Shown here: piece after piece, positions 1-12,960 of the stretch
Position numbering within the stretch: position 1 is the stretch's first letter
Layout: the number at the start of each line of letters is the position of its first letter
Assembly: GCA_973895155.1 (NCBI GenBank)
Contig: OZ316896.1
Coordinates: forward strand, 15,686,576 to 15,750,575
DNA length: 64,000 nt
Direction of reading: 5' to 3'
Source: Marsupella aquatica
Taxonomy: Eukaryota > Plantae > Marchantiophyta
The notes under the pieces: model-generated
Databases searched by the model: none
The model's input: the letters and a program-made list of their open reading frames with translations, nothing else
What the model was told of the DNA's origin: nothing
Program-made: the position numbers and the translations under genes

Positions 1-1152
1 CTTCATCCTGACGGATCGAAAAATCGGCGGAAATCCGGGCTTGCTCCATTCCCCCAGCCAAGACAGGCAGGCGGGCAGGGCTTAAGGGACCTTCCTTTAG
101 GGTGCTCGCATCAATTCGGAGGAAACTTGTCAGCAATTCACACAGACGCGTCTCGTGAAGCTTTCTCTTCCCCGTCGTGCTTTCGAAATTAATTGAACCC
201 ACGCTCCAATCGTCACTGCATCGTTGCTGGGCCCCTACAGAGTGAGTGTAACTTTTCTAAGATTTCTCTATGCACATAAGCGCATTGAGAGCGAGCTTCT
301 AGCCGTCAGGATAGCAATCGTTCTTTCAGCCTGCACGATTTCCCCAGATCTGGCAACAAGACAAGAATTCACGAATCCCGCTACTCACAACAGGTCCCGG
401 CCGGAAGAATATTTCCGTCACTACAATACTACCATTGAGCTCACTAAATTCCTGTAGCGAATTCCAATTCAGTCTCATCAAGGCATTTTCGACTACGATT
501 TCCCCCGCAGCAACGCACAGGTGCAATCCAAGCTCCAGGGTAAACAAGTAGAGGTCACACTCAGATGGAGGTCTATCGGCGTGGAGGAATGGGTTCGGGC
601 TCCTTGACCTCCTCATAAGCACAATTGAATTGTAGACTGCAACACTTCTTTCAGGTGTACAGTAGATTACTGCCTTTCGTCAATTGGGCGGGATCGATGC
701 TCTCCATCTAAACCCCGCTTTCAAGGTACGATGAAACAGAATTGACTCGGCAACTGGTTGCGAAATCGGAAAGCAATTGAAGGGTGGCGTGTGGTGCGCG
801 GAGGCTTTCGTGATCGAAGGTAGCACGGCTCTGCCAATCCAGGACTGAAGTTGAGTGTTCGTCTGGTTCATGTGACTCGACTGTGACGAACGAATCTTCG
901 CAGTAATCTAACAACAATCACTCCCTCATCGTGAAATTTCTATATGGCACTGCGAACAAAACCCCTGCCGCTAATCACACACATCAGCAAAACAAGGGGC
1001 CCACTGTTGACTGACTATGATGGCAACAACTTGGTGCAAAATTGCCCCCAATTTTTGTGAAGTAAAGTGCGGCAATTTCTCATGATCCCAAGGTTAATAT
1101 TTCACCTGAGTCCCTTTGGACAAGGTGAATGGCCCCCCAAGTTCTTCTAAAG

Positions 1153-1523
1153 CCCTCCTTTATGACACTGATTTTTCATACACTAGATTTGCACGAAACC
1201 GACACACCAACCAACGAACCAACCCTCCCTCACACCCAATTAGAGGTGAGGGCTTGAGTCTGAGATTGCTGGCCCTGCTGACCGAGCATAGTTTGACTCC
1301 CAAGAGTATGAACAATCATAAAATGGGCCCCGAAGTTCTTATCACGCCCTCCTTTATGACACTGAGTTTTTCACCTACACTAGATTTGTATGAAACTTGG
1401 CCCAACCGACACACCAAGCAACCCTCCCTCACAACCAATTAGAGATGAGGGCTTCAATCTGAGACTGCTTGCCCTGCTGACCGAGCATGGTTTGACTCCC
1501 AAAAGTATGAACAATCACAAAAA
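1153..1523. repeat. Diverged tandem duplication, ~195-bp period, 2 copies
   Basis: ccctcctttatgacactga..gtatgaacaatca occurs at 1153 and 1348. Confidence 0.85.
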
Positions 1524-3020
1524 AATATAGCCGTTTGCTCAGTAAAGAGGTAGTTTCATGAGAGTCCACGTGAGTTTTGACAGTCTATCTGAGTGGGGAT
1601 CTGAGTGGGGATCTTCTCAAACGTTGTGATCTATAGAAGCTTTCATTTCCAGCCAAATAAAGACCCTAACCGATGTAACGTTAGTGCACACCAAAGGACA
1701 TCCAGATTTCAGGCCAAACCACCCTCTTGGGTAGTAAGCTCGGGTAGCAAGATGGGGGAAGAGAAGGGCCAGGTGTTTAGGAGATTTCGGAGAGAAATAG
1801 TAGCATGGGCCCACGCAGTCTGATGCCAACAGGTACAACCCCCTTGCAGTTCACAAAACTATATGCTTTTCATCTTGGACTTATTGTTAGTTTATCCTTC
1901 ATACAAGTCTTCTGAAAGCTTTGTGCAAAACGAGATATACAATCGTCCTCACCTTTGTTAGTTAGTAACAATTAGGAGTATACTGTTCATGCAAGGAAAT
2001 CAGTCCTCTTATTCCCACAATAAACGCAGCCAATGGGTGTCATTTCCGAATATGATGCTGCTCTGGGATTTGTCTGGACTTCACCTACAAACGTGCTTCC
2101 CAAGATCCACATCAGGCACGATTGTTTCAAAGAATCTGAGATGCAGATCCGGTAACCCTTTCCCTTACCATGAAGCACACTGGGAAGTATACCCTGCATT
2201 TGGTCCCATCTTCAAAGGCGGAAAATGACCTCGAATATGTTCAATCAAATGAGAGATGAAGAGAGGAACACTCCTTCACAGGAGGGCAATTAAGGATAAT
2301 TCTCCACAGTTCTCCGAGTAATTGGCGAATATCTTTCACACCGAGTTGGCATCATGCCATCATTGCCCTACTGTGTGTAAGCACTAACAATTGTAAACTA
2401 CATATCGTCCCTCAAAGATACATGTCACTGTCTCTCCCATCCTACAAATTAGAGCCTCTGTGATGAGGTCTTGCCATTAGATATAATCCCTCCTCGTGGG
2501 ACAGGGACAGGAGCTCACAGTGCAGTCTCTTCTACTGGAAAATAACCTAAGTCAATAAACTAAAGATTGATAGACATGGTAGGAACGGTCCATGTCACTG
2601 CCATCTTCCACCCTTCTTGCTCTCACAACCCTCCAAACACTGTGACTATCATTCATGAGTTTGACCAGCTAGGAAGATAGAACTGCCTATATAGTGCAAC
2701 TGCCACTATCAAACCAGCCCATTCACTTTGGAAAAACCCGGGAATGGTTGAAGGGATTGATCGGAGAAGACCAACGTCGTTGCCAGTTCCACATTTGAGT
2801 TATAATCCTGACTGACTGAAAGCGCCCATCAGAACAAAGGTTTACAGATAAATGTTCTCGAGCACTGAGGTATCAATCCGGCACCCGTTCTTGAACTCAT
2901 CTCCTCCCTTAGCTGTCCATGTTGAGTTTCTCAAGTACATCCCGTCGTGCAGAAAAATGTGATACAACTGGGTAATGATAAGACCCCGCAGGAAGGAATC
3001 ATACTGTCTGGTTTACATGG

Positions 3021-6000
3021 CTACACTACTATCAGAACATACAGGATGACGTTGACGGCTGCCAGGAGGAAGTAGTGTGTAGAAATATGAGGGGCAGAAG
3101 CTGGCATTGCTGTGGGGGCTGGGCTTGGAGCAAGTGATAAGCCTAGAAGTGGAGCCTCTGGTACCACTAGAATTGGTGCCGCCGGTGCAGGTATGCGGGG
3201 TGCATATGTCGTGTTGCCCAGAAGACCACGAACTGTTGGTAGTATAGTATAATTCATCGAATTTGATGTGATCCCATTTCCCAGACACTGGTTACCTGCA
3301 CATGATGACGAGTAGAACCCAAGTGAGACGGCATCATCGTCATAACAAACATACCTGCCTCCAAATTTCACATATAGACCAGTAATTTTGCAGCGGCATT
3401 AGAATCTGACAACACAGTCGAGATAGAGGGACAAACAGCATAGGCGCAGCTATAAACCAACTATCATCGGAGTAGAGTAAACAAATCTGCTTGTTGAAAT
3501 TCTAATACATATACAAGAACTGGCCTGATTTCAGTCAGCATATCCCCAACTGGCTTAAGAGCAAGAGACAAGAAGTCCGAGGAAGGGAGCACTCCAGAAA
3601 GTTACAAATATTAACGAGAAAATTTATAAATTACCTAGAGAGGCAGACTGAATGGGAAATCCAGAGCAACAAAGAGAGTGGGCATACCAAGATAATTTTG
3701 GACAGTCGTTGGAAAATCTGTCACGATCCCATCAATCCCATAGCTCACTAAAGCAAAGAGCTCCAAAGTGGGATCTGACTGAAGGTCAAAGGGAGTTGAG
3801 ACAAACTCGTTCTTCTGGACCTCGACGTAAGTTTTCAAGTTCTGGCTATGTGCCAATGCGATCACATCGGTCGAAATATTGGACGTGAAAAAGTTCGAAT
3901 CAAGTGGTTCCACCAGTCGCACATTCAAATTTACTGAAGACGCGTACTTCTTTATTTCCACAAAATTGTTTGCATTCAAGGAGATTGGGTTCTTGTCGTC
4001 ATATAGGACTTCATACATCAGGGGATATGTCACGTTCAAGTCACGAAGTCTGGCGAGAGCAGCGCTGTCCTCTGACTGCAGAATCACTTTATCCGTACTC
4101 TTATAACCAGCTGCAGAAAGGACACCAACTACCGCATCGACAACAGCCAAATTGTGCGCATCTCTGATGTAAACAGCATTCTGCACACAGCTCGAGACCA
4201 TCACCACAAGGAAATAAACGTATATATTGTAGTAAGTTCGCAAGTGTCGTCGTAACGAGCCTCTTGTCTACTACAGTAGCAACTAGAGCTGTGGAGGATG
4301 ATGAATTTATGATGTCCGCTTATCCGTTTAATGTGACTGCATCAGCTTTTCCAAATTGGCGGCCTTTCGAATCCCTAACAGCCTTTCAGAGTAAGGAAAA
4401 TTTAACTGCATGAGGCTCGTCACTAGTCGCGAGTAACACGACTGATTTGTTCCTTGCTCTTATTACATGCGTTGTGCTCGGATCTGTTCTCTCAAGGTCC
4501 CCAAGTCAGGGGCCAGAACCTGTATTAATTTAGTACATTAAGGGACAAAATGCTGAATTTAATCATTCCGTTCCTCTTATGTTTTAGAATGTGCTCAATG
4601 AAGTCATTTCTTCGTCTTGACAGTATCGACAGGTATCCTTCTCCATTCTCTCGTAGAGAAAAAATTCAGTCTTGCCATTGCTCAAACATAGCACTTTGGA
4701 CAGAGACATACCTGGATGGCAATCAGCGCACCCATGGAGTTGTTTTTTGCTATGCTCAAAAACTGCGCCAAGGTAATAATACCAAATTCACGATCATAAT
4801 GTGGGTCCCTTAGAACCAATACTTCCGGACTGTACATTGTCGCTGCACATAACACAGAGATGAACTTAGTTCTCGTATTGTGCTACATTACGTCGGTATC
4901 CACATGGCTAACATGAGGGGGAAATGCGCGAGCGAGTCTCCAACCATTAGTTCTCGTATTGTGCTACATTACGTCGGTATCCACATGGCTAACATGAGGG
5001 GGAAATGCGCGAGCGAGTCTCCAACCATTCACACGTGTGCGAGAAATTTTCACTGTAGTAACACGGAGAAGCCCATTTAACAAGCTTGAGCTGCACATAC
5101 ATTTCTCAATGAAAATACCTAACAGACACCTTCACGCACACGATGACTACGCTTTCTGTTCACGTCCCACATCCAGAAACCGAATCTACAAAAGCAGCAG
5201 TGTATACGGTGTCTCACCGCGCAAAGTGTTGATTTGGGCCCAGGTGAGATCAAACGTAAAAATGCCTGGTTGGCCCCCATAAATGCCAGGATACGTTCTC
5301 AAATATGGCTGGCTAAGAAGAGGGTACAAAGACACATCGGTGGAATCAATTAGATTGACTGTGGGTCGGCAGAACGGTATGCTATCCGCCGAGATCTGTA
5401 CGACGCAATCAATGTAGTCAACACCCGCATCAATGGCACTGTAGTATGCAGGACTGGTGGCACCAGGGAATTTCCCACTGTTGCCATTGTGGGAGATCAC
5501 TGTCGGCTTCTGGATGATGGCTTCTGCAACATGGCAGTTTGAACCCATCAAATAGATATCAACTTACTTCAACTATAATGTAATGTTTCTCAAGAAAAGT
5601 GTAAAAATTATGACATTTCTGCATCCGATGTAGCTATTAATGTAGAGTTAGCCAAGTGCACCTGCATCGGCCCCGTGTCAATCCCAAATCACCTGGAACA
5701 ATTCTTTCCTAATTTTCCTGCAGTGCCTACTAATCTAAGCTATTCACAAACTATCGGAATGTGATCCGTTTGAAATCACACACTACTGAAACTTACGCTT
5801 GTTTCGAGGTGAACTAACCCGTGAATTCGAGGCATAACAACCTACAGTTCATACACACATTCCACGCGTCAAGACTTGCCATCCGTCAGTTTTTTCCAAT
5901 ATGTCAGATAAGTATACAAGACCCACTTTTCAGTTTTACTCCAACCGCTGCACTTATGCACTAAGTAGACTGTGACTCCATCTTCTCGAAAGCTGAATTT

Positions 6001-9000
6001 AGACCTTCCAAAGATGTAACAACATCAAAGCAGAGTAGACAAATTACTTACTTATGGCTTCTGATGCTGTTATTGGGAAGTCCGTGAAAAAACCATCAAC
6101 TGAGAAATTGTACGTTTCGGTGAAGTACAAAATTTCAGTGATTGGATCGGAAGTGTAGTTGTAACTGTGTGGATACTCGTCATTTGCAAAACCATATGCG
6201 TACACTTCAAGACCAACCTTATGAGCATCTTTCACAAGGGTGCTAGGTGGTTGGAGATACAAGGTGTTTGGATCAACGGACCAGATGTAACTCTTTGGGA
6301 CGAGAATTCCAGATGCTAAAGTTTTGATGTATGTCAAATTCTTTAAGAGCGCTTTATAAGCCTGATTGGTAGACAAATCTGTTTGTTGAGTGTCCAGGAA
6401 TTTGTATATGAGCTTAGTTTGCGGGAGCGGGCCAAGGGCTTGAATTTTTTTGAGTAGGGCGATCTCCGGGACAGAAACATATCCAGGAACAAGTGCTTGG
6501 ATTACGCTCAACAAGAAAAACGTCGCATTCAATTTGCTGTTCGCCTCAATAAATCGCGTATACTGAAAACACAGAAGCAGAGCAAAACGACACTCTTCTT
6601 CGTCATAAATCGTTGTCTTGATTTGCTGATATGAGCTTTCTAACACCTACTGCTTACATCTTGGTTCCCTCGGATCAGATTTCTAGCAAAACTCTTTTCG
6701 TCAACTAACAGATGAGACGGTCCAATGAGGGTGTGAGATCTAAGGAGCCAAAAGAGAATTGCAGCAATAGTAATGCATTTGACTCAACAACAACCTTGTA
6801 ATGACCCCAAACTTGCGCGGAAGGTACTAGAGGTTCAAGATAGAAAGTCAGCCTGAGCTAGGCATTCCCAAGAGAATGTAAGAAAGGAGTAAACATTGAA
6901 TGCATGAATTTAGAGTACAAAATTTATATGCAGCAAAGACTATATTCCTTGGAAAATGCCTTGCAGCCATGGACACACCCAGACTAGAGAAGGAACGTGA
7001 ACGGGTACAATACCTCGCTGTTAAGCCACCAAGTATTGGCTATGGGGGACTGGCTTATGATATTGGACACTTGGCCGGGTGTTAATATTTGATATTCTCC
7101 ATCGAAAGCCGGAGATCTTGCAGTGTTGCTTTGAGTTGCTGGGGTACAAGCACCATCAAGAAGGTAAGAAAGATATCGTAGGCAGAGAAGTGATACGAAC
7201 TTGGTCTGAAAAAAAATCAACTTCCCGACAACCAATGCAATATTGAGAGCCTGATTCCTCCTCGACTAAGAACAGATGGTGCAAAACTGGAGTATCACTA
7301 CTAGAAGCTTATCCACGTTGACCCGGAAATGCTTATCCACGTTGACCTGGAAATGCTATGAAGGGTTATGTGAGAAACCACAGGCATCCAAGGAACAGCC
7401 ACGGAAACGAATTACAGAGTCACTCACCCAACGCCAATAGAGTAAGGTTTTCATACAAAATGTCGATAGCAAAAAATCCAGTTATATTTTTCCCATTAAT
7501 AATACGCGTGCTGTTGAACTGTGGGCCATTTAACCCAATTCGGGTAGAGTTGGACAGGTCAAGGCCTGTCCTGCAAATCCCTGCCCCACTTGCAGCAAGC
7601 TGAGGGTTTAAAGTCGGGGCCATTTGCAAGTCGCAAGAGATTACAATTCCAGGTAAACCGTTGAAGATGGCATCAATGTATGCTGGGTCTGTTTGATCAG
7701 GATATAGTCCAGAATTTCCACCATTGGCAATAACAACTGGAGCAAGCCCTGCATGAGAGAAAGACAAATCATCAGATTCTTCGCATGGTTGGCAAGGAGT
7801 TTAAAATGTAATCACTCGCAAGCATCTACAAAGGATGATGAACCAAGTGACTGGACTGAGCGACAAACAGTATCGACTTTCATGGCTGAAGCAGTATTCC
7901 TCGTAAAATGGAGATCTCTTCTGTCAAAATGAAGTGAAAGTTTTGCCAACACTTCAACGATGTCAACTTAACATGTCAGAATCTCCAGGGAAAACAGCAC
8001 GAGCGGTGTAACAAACTGTCAGAACCAGCGAGTAGTGTCATATCCTGCGCATTCCAGGTCTTAATGCATTGGATCCTTAGTCCTTGATCCCTCAACAGAT
8101 TGCATAACTTTACAGGAAGAATTCCAAATGGAGTTCATCACATGGACATAGGTATGAAAAGACCTTCGTATCCTTAAAAGTCATAGAATCAGAACGGGAC
8201 CGAAGTTTTCTATCCTACTGAACGACAGCTTTCCTACGACCTACTAAAGAAGAGTGCTATCGCGATGGAAGGGCCAGCTCTTTTCTGTGGTATGCAGGGC
8301 ATCTGATTGATTCAATCACATGACAGCCAAAACTCCCATTCTGCAATTACACGATGGAACACCGACAAATTCAAACCATGCTCTACAAAAGACAGGCGGA
8401 AAGGGCCTTAGAAATTAATGACCGATTTGATATGTCCTCCAACAAAACACCGGACAGTACCTTTGTCGTCTCTCTATCTAGCTCAGCGATCTCTAGCAAC
8501 ACTAAGTATGGTCTGCTTTGAATACCAAGTCCTTCATGTTCAAAATCTCTACGGAACTATCCGGCAACAATTTCATCGTCCGCTCAAGGTATTAGCCAAA
8601 GCAGAGTTAAACGGTGTCACAGGCAATTTCATCGTCCGCTCAAGGTATTAGCCAAAGCAGAGTTGAACGGTGTCACAGGCATTTCATCGTCCGCTCAAGG
8701 TATTAGCCAAAGCAGAGTTGACCGGTATCACAGACAATTTCATCGTCCGCTCAAGGTATTAGCCAAAGCAGAGTTGAACGGTGTCACAGGAAATAGATTC
8801 TGTTGCAGGTTGTCAAGTTCGGTGAGCCACGGCCAATCACATTACTTTACAATCCCCGTGATAACTTGACAGTAAAAACTGCATCTGCGTGGACTCAACT
8901 CGAACAAATTAAACTATCTGGAAGACAAGTCCGAAGCATTGGTTTCCTAACGCATTACACGATTGATAGCAGGAGTTACTGGGTCCTCCTATTGGCTTTC

Positions 9001-9594
9001 CTGTCTCAAGTTGACGGGAGGAAGCGACTCGTGGATGAGTTACAGACGTAGGCCATCACAGTAGCCGCACATTAAAACTCGGTCCGAGCTCCTCAAATAA
9101 TCCAGTGTTAGATATATTCTAGTCGAGCTACTGGAGAGTGGAATGCTGGATAGAGTGTCATATGAAGGTCGCCGGAGTTTGTCGACTCAGTCGTTTGATC
9201 AGTCAATCCACCTCACATTGTTAGAAGGATCCTCGTTTCCAGGATAGTTCGACTCACTGTGGGATCTACCTTCCGAACCACAAGGAGAGGAACTACTGGA
9301 ACTACTGACCTGCTCTGGAGCTGCGGCTCAAGATTGGCAGATGGAGGAGAAAGGACACTCAGAGAAGAGAAGAGCAGAGACCGTTGGGGAACAGGCAGGA
9401 ACAGAGGAGAGAAGACGAGAAGAGCCGAGACGAGACCAGACGAGACGAGACGAAAGGAAAGGAAAGGAATGGACACGAGGTGACGGTCACTTGCCACTCA
9501 GAGTTTGCCACTTTGCTGCGGCCGGAGTTGAATGCCATAGAAGCAGAGGCAGTAGTAGCAGTTGTACCAGCGTGGCAGAAGTGAGTGGAGCCAT
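3021..9594 (-). CDS. GDPDL: Glycerophosphodiester phosphodiesterase-like protein (GDPDL/SHV3-like): two GDPD-like domains, signal peptide, GPI-anchor-type C-terminus; ~768 aa
   Basis: Exons 9594-9495, 7748-7428, 7138-7014, 6562-6052, 5841-5797, 5523-5218, 4842-4712, 4180-3688, 3295-3021 join in frame (2307 nt). Signal peptide MAPLTSATLVQLLLLPLLLW followed by KWQTLSG-LAPVVIANGGNSGLYPD. Further motifs FSVDGFFTDFPITASEAI, VISHNGNSGKFPG and IDGIVTDFPTT, then a Pro-rich linker and hydrophobic tail, all typical of plant GDPDL proteins. Confidence 0.93.
4866..5029. repeat. Perfect 81-bp tandem duplication in a GDPDL intron
   Basis: ttagttctcgtattg..tctccaacca occurs at 4866 and 4947. Confidence 0.95.
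8570..8790. repeat. Minisatellite, 55-56-bp unit x4, in GDPDL intron 1
   Basis: atttcatcgtccgctcaaggtattagccaaagcagagtt..cacagg repeated four times head to tail. Confidence 0.95.
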
Positions 9595-12500
9595 GATATC
9601 CTGCTTCAACACGTCACGTCTGTCCAACAATGTAGCAACCTCCTGCTTCTCTTTCTACACAAGATCAAATCGACTTCTACGTCCGAGAAACGAAGTTCTC
9701 GAGTTACACCGATAAACAGCGTCTCCTTCTCCTCTCCTCCTCCTCCTTCTTCCTTCTTCTTCTTCTGCTTCCTTCTTAGAGGAGAATCTGCCCATTGACA
9801 ATGCCAACACCCAAATCTGTCCCCAAGTCCGACACCATCCAGCTCCAATCCTCCAAATAGTCTGCCTGATAACTGTAACTGATCACACTCCGACGATCAC
9901 TCTCCCGATTGCTCGCTACTCCGATTCTGCCCGCATACCGTAACAGCTCGCGGAAGCATTTTCCTTCCTTACTATTCCTTCCTTGCTTCCTTCCTCAGTT
10001 CCTCAACTGAATATAGATTACCGGTAGCGCTGGGTCACTTATCAGCAGAACTCGGCACAAGCGCTCACCTCAGGGCCCTCCCCCGATATCCACAGCTCAA
10101 CACGCAGTTCAAGGCACCGTCATCAAGTACTAGGATGTCATCCCACCCACAACCCGATTGACTCTTCCTGCGCCACCCGAAGATGCTCCTCCTCCCCTCC
10201 TCGTCCCAGAATAGCAAAATGCTGCAGTGCTCAAAATGCTGCAGTGGTGCAGTGCTCCCCGCCCTCCCCCTCCTACCTCCCTCTCTCTCTCAACTCCTGG
10301 AAAATGCCGGCGTACAATCCGCTCCTAGCCCCTCTCTGGCTCTCTCCCTCTTCAGTCTTCACTCCGTCTTCCCTCTCTGAGATTGTCTCTCCACTAATAA
10401 TAAATCCACCATTACTGCAAAAAGCTCTGGCCCGAGAATCCAATCCCAGACTCCTCGACTGGGTACCCACAGGTCCACAAGGCACAAGCAATCTTACTAC
10501 CGCGAGCTGCGCTGACCTCTGCAGCTCAGCTCTGCATCTCTGCTCAGCTCAGATCAGCTCAGCTCAGCGCAGCTGCTCAGCTGCTCTCGCAAACCAACGA
10601 AATCCTCTGTTCGTTGCCTTGAATAGAAAAATTCACTGAGCAATAAAGTCAGTCGGCCTCCGCATTACATTACACCACCGCAGCGGCCCAAATTCCTCTC
10701 GTGGGGCATTCGCCTTTCGTCGATCTTCATCACTCGCGGCAAACCCACCGCCTGATGAACTGCTACAGTCCGTCCCCATTCAGCTGCAGGGGCACCTCGC
10801 TGCCTCGCTCGCTCGTGTGGCACGACGCTCCAACTGTACCGCGTTACAACTGCAGCAGTGGCCCCGCCTCCCACGGCATCCACCACGCCCGCCGGGCGAC
10901 AACAACTACGTGCGCAGTAGTAGTAGTAGTAGTAGTAGTGTCGTAGTGTACTGACTAGTAGTAACTTCGTCCTTTCGTTTCGCGTCGAGTAAGTAACTCC
11001 CCAGAGTTCGAGACTCATCACACTTGTTTTTCTTGGGCCCTTTTCCCACTTTGGGATCATGTTGGGGGTTTCTTGTCTTTGTGCAGTGTGATATAAACAT
11101 CAGACTGTCGGTGTTGCACCACTGTAAACTGCTCGCACGGTAAACCACATAGAACTACCGGGGCAGGCTGTGGCTGGATACTGGGGTGGGGGGGGGCGAG
11201 GACTTTTAGTGTGGCTAGTGACCAAATGTACAATGTGGAGTCTCAAACTTTCAGGTCCGCAGAAAAAACTTGTCCCAAAACTATCATTTTTGTTCCACGG
11301 TCACGAGTGTGTGTACAAACATTTTTGTGTCGGCCAGTTTTGCTTGGAAAAATGCCCATGACCACGGCCAGAGGCAAAGTGAAGAAGATTGAGATGCCCT
11401 AATAGGGTCTAGGCCATTTCCTAGGGTACCATTTCTAACATTAAGTTTTGGGCCATTTGGGGCCCTGTCATTTAAATGAACTTTATCCTGAGCAAATACT
11501 GGAATGGGGTTAGAATGTACTTGTGAGACATCTTTCTTTCATGACTGTCTCAATCAAGTTCATTTCACCCTTTACTGGCCATTGTGAGCTTTAAAGTTTT
11601 GAAATTTGTTCACATTGTTTGATACCTTTGTTTTTCCTGATTTGTTCTGATTGTAGCCTGATGGATATATGTATTGTTGATAGTAAGTGATATTGACCAA
11701 AAGTGTTGTCGAGCATAATTGAATGGCTGCAGGTGTCGGCCTAACAACTGTACTTCAACGAGTGTGCAAGCTGAGGAGAAAGTGACTGGCGTGCCAATGA
11801 AAAGATGCATAATGGCACCTTTAGGCCCATTTCATGCTTAGAAAAATATATCAAGTGGTAGGACAGCTTTGCTACTATTTAATCAGATCCTGCATCTTAT
11901 TCCAGTAGATTTGTTTAGAGAAACAAAATACTTTCTAATGTCCCCTTGTTAGAAAAAAGGTTTTGGAACAGAAGATGAGTCGCCAGTCTTTTGCATTTAC
12001 TCCTTTGTTCATATTTTCCCCAGAACAAAAATTGGGGGGCCCATTGTGGAACCACTGGCTCTGTTCCACAGATGGCCACCCCTTGTCCTTGGTCCCAAAG
12101 AAAGAACCTTGTGGGATGGCTTGGCAACCCATACCACATGAGTTCAACTCAAGAGTTACACTTGTAATTTTCAGAGGTCAGGATCTTGTCTCAAGATCTA
12201 GGATGATCAAGATGCGAGTGATGACTATGCACATTGCTCTAGATTGGGAAGGGACCTTGTAAGAAGTAAAGTACAATACTAATCAGGTGTTTTTTTAGCA
12301 TGAAGAATTCCTTCCTTTGCCCTTGAAGGTACCCTCTGTCATAAATGTTCCAACAATATATTTGAACCATCAGATTTTTTGAGATTTCATAATTGTCCAG
12401 TTTGACAATTACATGGCTGTCTTAGGGGACATTTTGGCTACTCTTTTACTAAGACTCTAGCCTTTATTTCCGTAGCTAACAGAATTTCCAGGAAATTTGT

Positions 12501-12887
12501 GGACAAACGACAGCGGCCTGTGCTCGTTTCTATTTCAGAGCAAAATTAGTTCAAGGACCCCTTGGATATGTAACCTTGATGTTATTCAACAAGTTGGACC
12601 CACGAAGAGTTGTATATTGGAATATGGTTTGAATATAGAGATGAGACACAGTTAAATGGAGGATTGGAATGAACTCAAGTGGGTTTTAAGGTAATTAGGA
12701 CACAAACTTGAAGATAAAGAGGAGATTATTCACAGTAGTAGTCCATGCAATATGTTATAGAAACCAAAGGGTTTCTTACGTTCCTTTAGTATTCCTCTGT
12801 CCATAGTAGTCAAAGGATTTCTAACTGTCCTAGGTTTGGAATTCCTCTCTCCATTATAGTTAAAGGGTTTCTAATGTTACTTTGGTA

Positions 12888-12890
<3 letters not shown>

Positions 12891-12957
<67 letters not shown>
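12891..12957. repeat. (CT)n microsatellite
   Basis: Uninterrupted dinucleotide run. Confidence 0.98.

Positions 12958-12960
<3 letters not shown>

Noticed and set aside
224-917. Short ORFs at the window start
   Set aside because: No recognisable product; possibly 5'-UTR or intron of a gene outside the window.
8570-8790. CRISPR-like array
   Set aside because: The units are contiguous with no unique spacers, lie in a plant intron, and no cas genes are present; it is a minisatellite.
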